NCBI GenBank assembly: GCA_026391215.1
Contig: JAPLDX010000106.1
Span: 1-64,000 of the forward strand
Length of the DNA stretch: 64,000 nt
Direction: 5' to 3'
From: Bacteroidia bacterium
GTDB lineage: Bacteria; Bacteroidota; Bacteroidia; Bacteroidales; VadinHA17
In this document: positions 47,766 to 57,399 of the stretch, piece after piece
Position numbering within the stretch: position 1 is the first letter of the stretch
Layout of the letters: each line of letters starts with the position of its first letter
The notes under the pieces: generated by a model
Databases searched by the model: none
Told to the model about the DNA's origin: nothing
The model's input: only the letters and a program-made list of their open reading frames with translations
Position numbers and translations under genes: made by a program

Positions 47766-48953
47766 TTAAATTTCTGTTAATTGTGCGGATAGCGGGTTCC
47801 AACTGAAGCCTGACCTCATGGAACATCTTACCGCGAGCATCAGCATAAGCGGTATGAAAGCGGTGTTAAAAGCGCTGGGAAATACTATCTGTATGGCGAA
47901 TATCAGAAGCGAAAGGAATAATACAATTTTGAACCATGTATACCACTCCTTATTCAGGATCAGGCTGACTAGGCACAATATAATAAACGGACTTAGCCAT
48001 ATAATATTCAGGTTCCATTTCATCTGCTGATGATCGGTAAAGAAATTAAAGAAGATCATCATAAGCGCCAGAAGTGAAAAGAATGAAAAGATAACCAGAT
48101 CAATAGCTTTGTTGGCAGTTCTTCCTCTTACAGTCGCAGATAATACTATAATTATTATCAGGAGCAGTGAAAAGATAAACATGGGTGAAGTAAAAAATCC
48201 GGGTTTTGTTTCCGGTGGATCAAATTCAAGAAGATATGACGGATTCTGGAGAAGAGGTACCATTTTACCATTCCTGTTAACCACCGTATGGGATAATCCT
48301 TCCTTAAGATCAATAGGAAGGAACATTCTGTCTCTTAAACTGGCTTTTTTGTCCCCGGGTGTGCCCATCAGGAAGTCTATACCCATCTGAAGCCAGGGGT
48401 ATGGCTGCTGATATTCATTAACCTTTTCCCTGAATGTCGGGATATCTTTTGAAATTTCAGGAGGGTATTTAAGCTTTTCTCCGACTGATTTCTCAAGCAG
48501 ATCCCTTATACGCGTTGAACAATCATCATAGAAAAAGTCGTACCTGTATTTTCTGTTCTCCGGTTTAAGGTTTTCGGTTATCAGAGCAAAAAGAATCTCA
48601 ATCTCACCAGGTTCCAGGTTAATTTTTTGCTGGATAACTGATCTCTTCTCAAGAAAATAGTCCTGGAGAAACCTGTCAAATGAATAGACTCCAAGCATAT
48701 ATTCGAGACGGCCTTTGGCAAATTTCCAGGCAAAGTTAGGTGTGGCAAAATCAAATACGCCCCAGTTATAGGCCATATCGAGGTTTTCCGAAGGAATTAC
48801 GATTCGCAGGGCACTGTGCCCGTAAATTGAATACGTTTCGGTACCCGGGGAACAGGTGACAAGATAGACTTCTGCTCCAGGGGATTGTTGCGAAAAGAGA
48901 TTATAATTTACTGATATTAAAAGTATTAACAGAATAAAGCTTATCTTTTTCAT
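47766..48953 (-). CDS. DUF4105 membrane protein (Lnb-like lipoprotein N-acyltransferase family)
   Basis: YSIYGHSALR, YNWGVFDF, YRYDFFYDDCSTR, C-terminal TM bundle. Confidence 0.75.
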   Translation of the reverse strand: MKKISFILLILLISVNYNLFSQQSPGAEVYLVTCSPGTETYSIYGHSALRIVIPSENLDMAYNWGVFDFATPNFAWKFAKGRLEYMLGVYSFDRFLQDYFLEKRSVIQQKINLEPGEIEILFALITENLKPENRKYRYDFFYDDCSTRIRDLLEKSVGEKLKYPPEISKDIPTFREKVNEYQQPYPWLQMGIDFLMGTPGDKKASLRDRMFLPIDLKEGLSHTVVNRNGKMVPLLQNPSYLLEFDPPETKPGFFTSPMFIFSLLLIIIIVLSATVRGRTANKAIDLVIFSFFSLLALMMIFFNFFTDHQQMKWNLNIIWLSPFIILCLVSLILNKEWYTWFKIVLFLSLLIFAIQIVFPSAFNTAFIPLMLMLAVRCSMRSGFSWNPLSAQLTEI

Positions 48954-49084
48954 AAAAAGATTCTTTGAATGAATCATAATAATATACGAATGTGCGAATA
49001 AGTATGCTATTTGCAGTTAAAACTGTGTATTTTTTTTCAAAGTGAGGATTAGTTATATTTTTGAGCTGGTTTTAATTTTACGAC

Positions 49085-49900
49085 ATGATTTTTGAAGGTT
49101 GGACAGATAGAAGTCCGGTTTTCCTGGCTTTGATAGCAACACTGTTTACGTATGGCTTTACTGCTCTGGGAGCAGGAATGGTGTTCTTTTTCAAGAATAT
49201 CAATAAAAAGATCCTCAATTCAATGCTGGGATTTGCTGCCGGAGTGATGATTGCAGCCAGTTTCTGGTCACTTTTAAAACCTGCAATAGAAATGTCTGAA
49301 GCAGCAGGGAATAATTCATGGATGCCAGCTGTGATCGGCTTCCTCGCAGGCGGATTATTCTTATACTTGATGGACAAGCTTTTACCTCACCTGCATCATA
49401 ATTTATCTATTGATAAAGCCGAAGGGATAAAAACATCGTGGCAGAGGAGTGTGCTGCTCGTCCTTGCAATTACATTGCATAATATACCGGAAGGCCTGGC
49501 GGTAGGAGTTGCTTTTGGGGCACTGGCGAGCAATTCAGGCGAAGGGATGATAGCTGGTGCCTTAGTGCTTGCTCTGGGAATCGGCATTCAGAATTTTCCG
49601 GAAGGCGCTGCCGTTTCTATTCCTTTGCGGCGTGAAGGGTTCTCAAGAATGAAATCATTCTGGTACGGCCAGCTGTCAGGCATTGTTGAGCCGATAGCCG
49701 GAGTGGCCGGAGCTCTTGCTGTAGTGGCAATAAAACCAATCCTTCCTTATGCATTATCGTTTGCTGCAGGTGCCATGATATTTGTCGTTGTGGAAGAGCT
49801 GATCCCTGAATCTCAGACCGGAAATGAAACCGACCTTTCAACGATCGGAGCTATACTTGGGTTTGCAGTAATGATGCTGCTGGATGTTGCTTTAGGGTAA
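49085..49900 (+). CDS. ZIP family metal transporter (GufA/ZupT-like)
   Basis: LHNIPEG, QNFPEG, PHLHH. Confidence 0.92.
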   Translation: MIFEGWTDRSPVFLALIATLFTYGFTALGAGMVFFFKNINKKILNSMLGFAAGVMIAASFWSLLKPAIEMSEAAGNNSWMPAVIGFLAGGLFLYLMDKLLPHLHHNLSIDKAEGIKTSWQRSVLLVLAITLHNIPEGLAVGVAFGALASNSGEGMIAGALVLALGIGIQNFPEGAAVSIPLRREGFSRMKSFWYGQLSGIVEPIAGVAGALAVVAIKPILPYALSFAAGAMIFVVVEELIPESQTGNETDLSTIGAILGFAVMMLLDVALG

Positions 49901-49920
49901 TAATTATAATAACTTAAAAT

Positions 49921-50715
49921 ATGAAAACGAGAATCAGCTTTATCATAATATCATTATCCCTGTTTATTATGAGTTGTAAGGAAAAAGAACAACTCCCGAT
50001 CACTGACCTGCATATTCATTTAAAAGGAGATTTCAGCATTGACGATGCTGTCAAAAAATCCCAGGCAGAAAATATCAAATATGGTATCGCATTCAACTGT
50101 GGATTGAAATTCCCTGTTCACCAGGACAGCCAGATTGATTCCGTGATTCTGACAATGAAAGATTATCCCCAATTTCTTTTAGGCATGCAGGCTGAAGGAA
50201 GAGAATGGGTAAATATGTTTTCAAAGGAATCCATGCAGAAGTTTGATTATGTATTTACTGATGCAATGACTTTTACAGACGAAAAAGGCAGAAGGAACAG
50301 AATATGGATGAAGAACGAGACATGGATTGATAATGAGGAGGAATTCATGAATTATCTTGTAAGGACTATTGTGAAGATCATGAATGAAGAGCCTATTAAC
50401 ATTTATGTAAATCCCACATTTCTTCCTGAACAGATGGCCGGCAGATATGACATCTTCTGGACAAATGAGAGGATGTATAAAGTTATACAGGCTGCGAAAA
50501 TGAATAATATTGCAATAGAGATCAACAACAGGTACAGGATCCCTTCATCTGAGTTCATTAAGAGGGCAAGAAATGCCGGTGTTAAATTCACTGTTGGTAC
50601 AAATAACCTGGACAGCAATTTTTCAGGAGCAGAATATGCCCGTGAAATGATTAAAGAATGCAGCCTGACAGAAGAGGATTTTTACAAACCTTTTAATAAA
50701 AGGCAGAATGGATAA
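49921..50715 (+). CDS. Lipoprotein with PHP-like metal-binding barrel
   Basis: FIMSC lipobox; DLHIHLKG, QAEGREW, AIEIN. Confidence 0.6.
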   Translation: MKTRISFIIISLSLFIMSCKEKEQLPITDLHIHLKGDFSIDDAVKKSQAENIKYGIAFNCGLKFPVHQDSQIDSVILTMKDYPQFLLGMQAEGREWVNMFSKESMQKFDYVFTDAMTFTDEKGRRNRIWMKNETWIDNEEEFMNYLVRTIVKIMNEEPINIYVNPTFLPEQMAGRYDIFWTNERMYKVIQAAKMNNIAIEINNRYRIPSSEFIKRARNAGVKFTVGTNNLDSNFSGAEYAREMIKECSLTEEDFYKPFNKRQNG

Positions 50716-51355
50716 TTTTGATCTGTTCAGGACATTAAAGTTCCTTCCGGGTATAATTCTTGGGCTCACCATTCATGAGTTCAGCCATGCTTTCATTGCA
50801 AACAGGTGCGGTGATTCAACATCAAAGGACCAGGGCAGGGTAACACTTAATCCTTTTAAACACATTGATCCACTTGGATTTATAATGCTCCTGGTGGCTG
50901 GTTTCGGCTGGGCAAAACCGGTTGAATTTGATGAAAAGAACCTGAGAAATCCAAAAACTGATGTACTTAAAATAGCGATAGCAGGTCCGGCTTCAAATGC
51001 ATTGCTGGCAATGCTGCTTTCAGTAATCTTTGTTATTTTCAAAAACCTTGAAACGACTGATTTTTACTATGGAAAGTTCCTGATCACCGAACTGTTCGTA
51101 TATGCGATATATATAAACTGGGGACTTTTCATCTTCAATCTTATACCTATTCCCCCGCTTGATGGCTCTCATCTCCTGTTAAGTTATTTAAAGAAATTCC
51201 CTTCTTTATATAATGCTCTTTATAAATATGGAACACTGGTATTATTTGGACTCATTATTATATCAGCAATCTCGAAAGTAAACCTTCTGCCGATATGGCC
51301 GGCGATCGAGTTTCTAGGAGAAGGATTTCTTTCAGTTTTAGGATATAATTTGTAA
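50708..51355 (+). CDS. Site-2 protease (M50) family protein
   Basis: HEFSH, AGPASN, NLIPIPPLDG. Confidence 0.92.
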   Translation: MDNFDLFRTLKFLPGIILGLTIHEFSHAFIANRCGDSTSKDQGRVTLNPFKHIDPLGFIMLLVAGFGWAKPVEFDEKNLRNPKTDVLKIAIAGPASNALLAMLLSVIFVIFKNLETTDFYYGKFLITELFVYAIYINWGLFIFNLIPIPPLDGSHLLLSYLKKFPSLYNALYKYGTLVLFGLIIISAISKVNLLPIWPAIEFLGEGFLSVLGYNL

Positions 51356-51394
51356 TTCAGGTAATTCTTATACTTAGAGCTCCTGCACTGAAAT

Positions 51395-52123
51395 ATGCAG
51401 GATTTTTTATATATTAGAGGAAATAAGCTTGTTGTGAAGAACCTTCTGCTTATACAAATATTAATTATGGCAGGCTGCTTTGTTCCACAGACCGATAAGT
51501 ATGAATCACAAAGGCAAAAAATGGTTGAAACCCAAATCCGGAAAAGAGGTATTACAAATCCGGAGGTTCTCGATGCAATGAGAAAAGTGCCGAGGCATCT
51601 TTTCGTCCCGAAGGATTATGAAAATGACGCCTATAATGATTATCCTCTCCCGATAGGGTATGGACAAACTATTTCACAACCATTTATTGTAGCATATATG
51701 ACAGAGGCTGTAAAACCGGCCAACAGAAAAAATGCTCTTGAGATAGGAACAGGATCAGGCTATCAGGCTGCCATTCTGGCCGAGATAGTCGACAAAGTAT
51801 ATACAATTGAAATAGTGCCTGAACTGGCAAAAGAATCTGCTGAACGTTTAAAAAATATGGGTTATGACAATATTGTCTGCAAATTTGGTGATGGTTACCA
51901 GGGTTGGTCTGAACATGCGCCATTCGATATTATTGTCGTAACTGCAGCACCTGATCAGATTCCCCAGCCTTTAATAGATCAGCTTGCAGAAAACGGAAGG
52001 CTCATCATACCGGTCGGCTCACCCGGCGGAGTCCAGGAGCTGATTCTGGTAATTAAAAGGAACGGCAAAACTGAAACCAGACGCCTGACTTTTGTAAGAT
52101 TTGTGCCGTTTAAGAGACTTTAA
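51395..52123 (+). CDS. pcm: Protein-L-isoaspartate O-methyltransferase
   Basis: VPRHLFV, GQTISQP, LEIGTGSGY, GDGYQGW, VRFVP; start uncertain. Confidence 0.93.
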   Translation: MQDFLYIRGNKLVVKNLLLIQILIMAGCFVPQTDKYESQRQKMVETQIRKRGITNPEVLDAMRKVPRHLFVPKDYENDAYNDYPLPIGYGQTISQPFIVAYMTEAVKPANRKNALEIGTGSGYQAAILAEIVDKVYTIEIVPELAKESAERLKNMGYDNIVCKFGDGYQGWSEHAPFDIIVVTAAPDQIPQPLIDQLAENGRLIIPVGSPGGVQELILVIKRNGKTETRRLTFVRFVPFKRL

Positions 52124-52170
52124 ATTATTACTTTTTACTTTTAACCTGAAAGCCGCTTTTCGCGCCTTTT

Positions 52171-52244
52171 GTGATTCCGGGGCGATTGTTCGCTCGGTTC
52201 GAACGCCCGACTCATCCCGCGTACTCGGGATTGCTCTATCCAAC
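52171..52244 (-). pseudogene. Degenerate, remodelled partial copy of tRNA-Arg
   Basis: Shares GTTGGATAGAGCA and CGGAATCAC with the adjacent tRNA; 5' acceptor strand absent; anticodon arm replaced. Confidence 0.65.
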
Positions 52245-52252
52245 ATAATAAT

Positions 52253-52278
52253 AAAAAAAGACACTCTTATTGAGTGTC
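52253..52278 (-). terminator. Intrinsic terminator of tRNA-Arg
   Basis: GACACTC-AATAA-GAGTGTC followed by T7 on the minus strand. Confidence 0.8.
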
Positions 52279-52283
52279 CCAGG

Positions 52284-52357
<74 letters not shown>

Positions 52358-52411
52358 AAATACCGGCGCAAAAATACATTTTTTTTCAATTCGCGCAATT
52401 CTGATCTCGGG

Positions 52412-54187
52412 TCAGATTGATTTCATATAATTGACAAGTCCCTTTTTATCAATTATTTGCTTTAACTTATCAGGAAGAGGTTCAAAACTGAATTTATGTT
52501 CTCCAATTATTATTTCGCCCTTCTCAAAGCTCAGATCAACATTATCACCCTGATTGTAAGATTCAACAGCCTCTTTATGCACTATTAGCGCCAGACCCTG
52601 GTTTATTGATGAACGATAGAAGATCCTGTTCACGGATTTTACTATCACAGCCTTTATACCTGCATGTGCTAAACCCACTGACGGGTGCTCTCTTGAGCTT
52701 CCGCAACCAAAGTTGTCTCCGGCAATGAGAATATCACCTTTTGTTACACTCCGGCTGAATGAAGGGTCAAAATCTGCGAAAAGGAGTGGCAGGATTGCAT
52801 CAGGATCTGTGCTTAAAACATTATAAGTATGTTTCCCGGCAAACATCTGATCGGTGTTAAGATTATCAACATCCGAGTAATTCCAGACATTTCCAGATTT
52901 TCTTGTTTCTCCTGCCCTGATCTCAGAAGTCTTGCTCTGTGCCTGACTGTATGGAAACTTTTCATTTCCGGCTTTTTCCCGCGGATCAGTAATAACTCCA
53001 TTAAGTGCTGACATTGCGACAGTTGCCGGAGAGGCCAGATAGATCGATGCTTCTTTATTGCCCATCCTGCCAGGGAAATTGCGATTAGCGGTAGAGATTA
53101 CCGTATGTCCGTTTGCCGGGATACCCTGTCCTGTTCCCAGGCATGGGCCGCATGAGGGAGTAAGAACATTTGCTCCGGATTGCAGCAGAGTGGAAATAAT
53201 TCCCTCTTCAATTGCCTGCAGGAATATTTCCCTCGAAGCAGGAATAATACTAAGCTGAAAGCCTTCGCGTATTGTTTTGCCTTTAAGGATATGAGCAGCA
53301 ACGCGCAGATCTTCAATCCGGCCGTTTGTGCAGGTGCCAATAAGCCCCTCGTTGACAACTGTACCTGATACTTCATGAACAGACTTGATATTATCCACGT
53401 TATGAGGCGCTGCTACTACAGGGAATATCTCATTTAAACTGAGGCTTATCTCTTTAAAATATTTTGCGCCAGGATCTGCCCACACTCCCTTAATATCTTT
53501 CCTGAAGAATTCAGAAAGGACCTGGTCAGCAGGGAAAACTGCATTCTTGGCTCCCATTTCAGAAGCCAGGTTTGCAATGGTCATTCTATCGGATATATTC
53601 AGGCTTTTCACTCCATCGCCATGATATTCAATTGACATGTAGTTAGCGCCGTCCGATCCTATCATCCCTATTATCCAGAGTGCCAGATCCTTGGCAGATA
53701 CTCCTTCCTGCAATTGCCCTGTTATGGCAATCTTAATAGATTCGGGTACCCTGAACCAGGTCTCCCCTCTTTTCCATATCCCGGCAGATTCTGTACGGTC
53801 AATTCCTGCAGCAAAAGCATTGAAAGCGCCGGCAGTTGATGTATGGCTGTCGCTTCCAACTATCAGCATGCCCGGCTCAGCGTGATACGACATTATCTGG
53901 TGGCATATTCCTTTTCCGGAATCATAGAACTTATTGATACCCTGCTGTTTTACGATGTTTCTTATATCCTGGTACTGCGTTGCCAGCTTTGCATCAGCTG
54001 GGGGAGCATTATGATCAAGTACAACAAGCATCTGGCCAGGATCAGACACTTTCTGTCCGCCCATATTACAGAAAGTCTTAAAAATACTTGAGGTATTATC
54101 GTGGGAAAGGATAATATCAGGTTTTGCAAAAACTATTGTTCCTGCAGAAGCATTGAAAATCTTTTCAGCAAAGGTGAATTGTTTCAT
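52412..54187 (-). CDS. Aconitase-family hydro-lyase, fused large+small subunit (homoaconitase-like)
   Basis: DHN, GSDSHT, GTCTNGR, CGPCLG, TANRNF, then swivel domain NLNTDQMFAGKHTY, FGCGSSRE. Confidence 0.85.
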   Translation of the reverse strand: MKQFTFAEKIFNASAGTIVFAKPDIILSHDNTSSIFKTFCNMGGQKVSDPGQMLVVLDHNAPPADAKLATQYQDIRNIVKQQGINKFYDSGKGICHQIMSYHAEPGMLIVGSDSHTSTAGAFNAFAAGIDRTESAGIWKRGETWFRVPESIKIAITGQLQEGVSAKDLALWIIGMIGSDGANYMSIEYHGDGVKSLNISDRMTIANLASEMGAKNAVFPADQVLSEFFRKDIKGVWADPGAKYFKEISLSLNEIFPVVAAPHNVDNIKSVHEVSGTVVNEGLIGTCTNGRIEDLRVAAHILKGKTIREGFQLSIIPASREIFLQAIEEGIISTLLQSGANVLTPSCGPCLGTGQGIPANGHTVISTANRNFPGRMGNKEASIYLASPATVAMSALNGVITDPREKAGNEKFPYSQAQSKTSEIRAGETRKSGNVWNYSDVDNLNTDQMFAGKHTYNVLSTDPDAILPLLFADFDPSFSRSVTKGDILIAGDNFGCGSSREHPSVGLAHAGIKAVIVKSVNRIFYRSSINQGLALIVHKEAVESYNQGDNVDLSFEKGEIIIGEHKFSFEPLPDKLKQIIDKKGLVNYMKSI

Positions 54188-54219
54188 AGAAATCTATAAG
54201 CATTTGAATTAACTAAATA

Positions 54220-56034
54220 TCAACCAAAGAGACTTCCGTTCTGCCATATTTCATACTGCACATCAGAAAATGGCACGGCAGATGTTGTTTTATTGTTACG
54301 TGAATTTGTGACTATTCCTGTCCTGAGATGAATTTTGATATTATCTCCATCATGCAAATCCAGTTCATCAAGCGATTTGCAGGAAATAATCGGCAGGGCG
54401 GCGTTTATTGCGTTTCTCTCGTATATTGCCCCGAACGATTCAGCAAGGATGCCCTGTATGCCAAGTGAGATAAAGCAATCGACAGCCTGTTGTCTTGAGC
54501 TGCCGCTTCCAAAATTCTTACCTGTAACTACAATATCTCCAGATCTTGCTTTTTTCGAAAATTGCTCATATCCTTTCAGGTTATCGAATGTATATTGACC
54601 CATCTCCTTCATATCTGTAATTGCCAGGTACCTGTTATGAAAGATCATGTCTGTATCAATATTGTCTTTTTTAATCAGCCATATTATTCCTTCTATATAA
54701 TCAGGTTTGGCTTTTTTGTCTTTGTGCCTGTCTTTCTTGTAATTATTTGAAACTGATTTAGACGGCTGACTGAAAACGGAAGGTTTAGCCGGAATTTTAT
54801 CGGGTGTCGTTATATATCCAGCCACGGCAGAAGCTGCAACCACAGCAGGTGAAGCCAGGTATACGCTTCCCTTCCCCTGCTTTCCGGGAAAATTCCTGTT
54901 TCCTGTGCTTATAGTCACCTCCTCCGGACCATTCTGCCCGACCTGCCCTGCTGCACAACCGGCACAGCCTGCATTTGAAACCAGTGCTCCGGCCTTCTTA
55001 AAAATATCAATCAATCCATCCATAAGACAGTTCTTCCATATTTCGTCAGTTGCAGGTACAATTTTCAGAATAACGCCTGGGGCGACTTTTCTGTCCTTAA
55101 GTATCTCGGCAGCCTTTTGCATATCTTCCATTCTTCCGTTTGTACAGCTACCGATAAATGCAGAATCTATTTTCTGTCCTTCTACCGATGCTGCATCGAC
55201 AGTGTCATGAGGTTCTCCCGGGCGGGATATCACCGGAAGAAATTTTGTGACATCCAGGTCGAATTTCTTTTCGTATGACGCATCATTATCGGCAAAAACG
55301 GGAGTAAACTTATTTTTTGAATTGCGGCTGCAAAATTCAATAATCTCCTTGGATGGCGGGAATAATATTATTATGGCACCCATCTCGGTTGCCATTGATG
55401 AGACAGTTATCCTGGCATCAAGGCTCATTTTATCAACCGAATCACCATATAGCTCCACTGAATATCCAAGAAGAGAGTTTGCCCCGAAGATCTTCAGTAG
55501 GTTCAGTATAATATCTTTTGAAGTTATGTTTTCCGGAAATTCTCCATTTAACTGGATCCTGACAGAAGGAGGCACCTTAAACCATATCCTTCCGTTATGC
55601 CATGATGCAGCTATATCCATATCTCCCATTCCCTGACCAAAAGCGCCGACAGCTCCAAGGATGTTGGCATGTGAATCGGTTGAGACGGCTGTTGCACCCG
55701 GATATACATATCCTTTGTCAATCAGTATATGCGTACCTATACCAGCATCAATATCGAAAATCTTAATACCATTTTCACGGGCAAAAAGTCGGCAAATATG
55801 TTGATTTACTGCATATTTCTGATCAGATCCTGTCGGATTGCAATCGAAGGTAAACAGGGTTTTTTCAGGATTTTCTATCTGCAATCCGTGATCCCTGATA
55901 TTTTTGACAACATTTGCACCTCCAAAATCACGCGCGACCCTGACATCTATGCCAACATCAATTATTTCATCCGGATGTACAGTTTCATTTTTTGAATGTG
56001 CTGCAAGTATTTTTTCAACCAATGTCATTGTCAT
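54220..56034 (-). CDS. Aconitase-family hydro-lyase, fused LeuC-LeuD type
   Basis: TDSH, GSCTNGR, CAGCAAG, TGNRNF, then DNIDTDMIFHNRYL, FGSGSSRQ. Confidence 0.85.
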   Translation of the reverse strand: MTMTLVEKILAAHSKNETVHPDEIIDVGIDVRVARDFGGANVVKNIRDHGLQIENPEKTLFTFDCNPTGSDQKYAVNQHICRLFARENGIKIFDIDAGIGTHILIDKGYVYPGATAVSTDSHANILGAVGAFGQGMGDMDIAASWHNGRIWFKVPPSVRIQLNGEFPENITSKDIILNLLKIFGANSLLGYSVELYGDSVDKMSLDARITVSSMATEMGAIIILFPPSKEIIEFCSRNSKNKFTPVFADNDASYEKKFDLDVTKFLPVISRPGEPHDTVDAASVEGQKIDSAFIGSCTNGRMEDMQKAAEILKDRKVAPGVILKIVPATDEIWKNCLMDGLIDIFKKAGALVSNAGCAGCAAGQVGQNGPEEVTISTGNRNFPGKQGKGSVYLASPAVVAASAVAGYITTPDKIPAKPSVFSQPSKSVSNNYKKDRHKDKKAKPDYIEGIIWLIKKDNIDTDMIFHNRYLAITDMKEMGQYTFDNLKGYEQFSKKARSGDIVVTGKNFGSGSSRQQAVDCFISLGIQGILAESFGAIYERNAINAALPIISCKSLDELDLHDGDNIKIHLRTGIVTNSRNNKTTSAVPFSDVQYEIWQNGSLFG

Positions 56035-56085
56035 AGCTTATTTTTTAGTAAGATCAGGTAATAATCAAACCCGGAAAGATTTAAT

Positions 56086-56934
56086 TTATCTGTACTGAGC
56101 CCTGTAATCACGTGGTGAAATGCCTTCAGTCTTCCTGAACTGCTTATTGAAATTAGATATGCTCTCAAAACCGCATTCAACCGCAATATCATGAATCTGG
56201 TATTCTGTTTCACGGAGAAGATAGCATGCCTTGTTTGTCCGCACCCTGTTAACATACTCGACAAATCCTGCCCCGCTGTTCTTTTTAAAGAAACGGCTAA
56301 AAGCGTATGGGTTCATTTGTGCTATTTTAGAAACTTTTTCCAGTGATATCGGTTTAAAATAGTTTTCTCTGACATAGGTATACGCATCAGCCATTTTTTT
56401 GTTCCCACGTTCATCATAAACCTGCTTATAATTTTCGGAGCAAAGAAGGATCTTTTTCTCAGACTGGCACATGATTCTGACAACATTAAAGAAATCGATC
56501 ATTTTTTCAATTCCGGCATTGCCGGTCATCTCAACAAGATGTTTTTCGACCTTTTTTGCATCCTCAACTGAAAAGCCAATTCCTCTATCAGCCTGGGCCA
56601 GCAGCTCTCTCACGCAATGCATTTCATGCTGTCCGAGAAGTGCATCGCCCAATGACGACTGCCTGAAATGAACCACGATACCATGCTTTTCAGGCAGATC
56701 TTTTTCGGGTTTGTAATAATTCCATGAATGAGGAATATTTCCGGCGACAAGAACCATATCGTACTGATCAAATAATTCGACGCTATCACCTACGATACGG
56801 GTTCCATTGCTTTTAATATTCAGCACGAGTTCATATTCCGGATGGAAATGCCACATTCCTCCGGTATCGGTTATATATTCAGCAATAAAACCGCCTCCGT
56901 CATCATAACTTATCTTCTCAAGTTCCGCTATCAT
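56086..56934 (-). CDS. AraC family transcriptional regulator (cupin + HTH)
   Basis: WHFHPEYEL; IAVECGFESISNFNKQFRK...SPRDYR. ATG 56934 preferred. Confidence 0.92.
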   Translation of the reverse strand: MIAELEKISYDDGGGFIAEYITDTGGMWHFHPEYELVLNIKSNGTRIVGDSVELFDQYDMVLVAGNIPHSWNYYKPEKDLPEKHGIVVHFRQSSLGDALLGQHEMHCVRELLAQADRGIGFSVEDAKKVEKHLVEMTGNAGIEKMIDFFNVVRIMCQSEKKILLCSENYKQVYDERGNKKMADAYTYVRENYFKPISLEKVSKIAQMNPYAFSRFFKKNSGAGFVEYVNRVRTNKACYLLRETEYQIHDIAVECGFESISNFNKQFRKTEGISPRDYRAQYR

Positions 56935-57028
56935 CAGGAAATATAATTTAACCGGTATCCTTTCAAATTTAAACAATATTACGTCAATTTCCGCTGAGAA
57001 AGATTTCAAAATAATTTTTCTTTAATAA

Positions 57029-57059
57029 TTTGAAATTACAAATTTTATATGTAAATTTG
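57029..57059 (+). promoter_or_regulatory. Bacteroidetes housekeeping-type promoter
   Basis: TTTG (57029-57032), 19-nt spacer, TAAATTTG (57052-57059). Confidence 0.6.
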
Positions 57060-57064
57060 TTACC

Positions 57065-57281
57065 AAGCTCATGCTATTGGTATAAGAGGAGATGAGCAAG
57101 GGTTGGGAGTGAGAATCAACAGGATTGTATTGCAGACATTGACTTTCACATCTGGGACCTGAGGAACAGCGCCAGCTTTCCGTGGTTCCATCCTTTTATC
57201 AGACAGTAGACACGGGAATTATCTTTTTAATAAAACCCGCTCCCTGATTCTCACAACCACCCTTCCTCCTCTTATTTTTTT
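57065..57281 (+). ncRNA. Putative rod-shaped structured RNA (6S-like candidate)
   Basis: Long-range pairing 57082-57118 with 57245-57275, own promoter, T7 end, no long ORF. Confidence 0.55.
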
Positions 57282-57399
57282 ATACCCTCTGATATGCCTG
57301 CACGGCTGGTTATATATATCATTTCACGAGTAAAATAATTCATTATCTTTGTTTTTGGGTGAATTGGGTAATCTGATTTTTTAATATTAACGCGAGGCC

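Noticed and set aside
57065-57281. Retron msr-msd or a known riboswitch
   Set aside because: No reverse transcriptase nearby, and I could not recognise any riboswitch consensus
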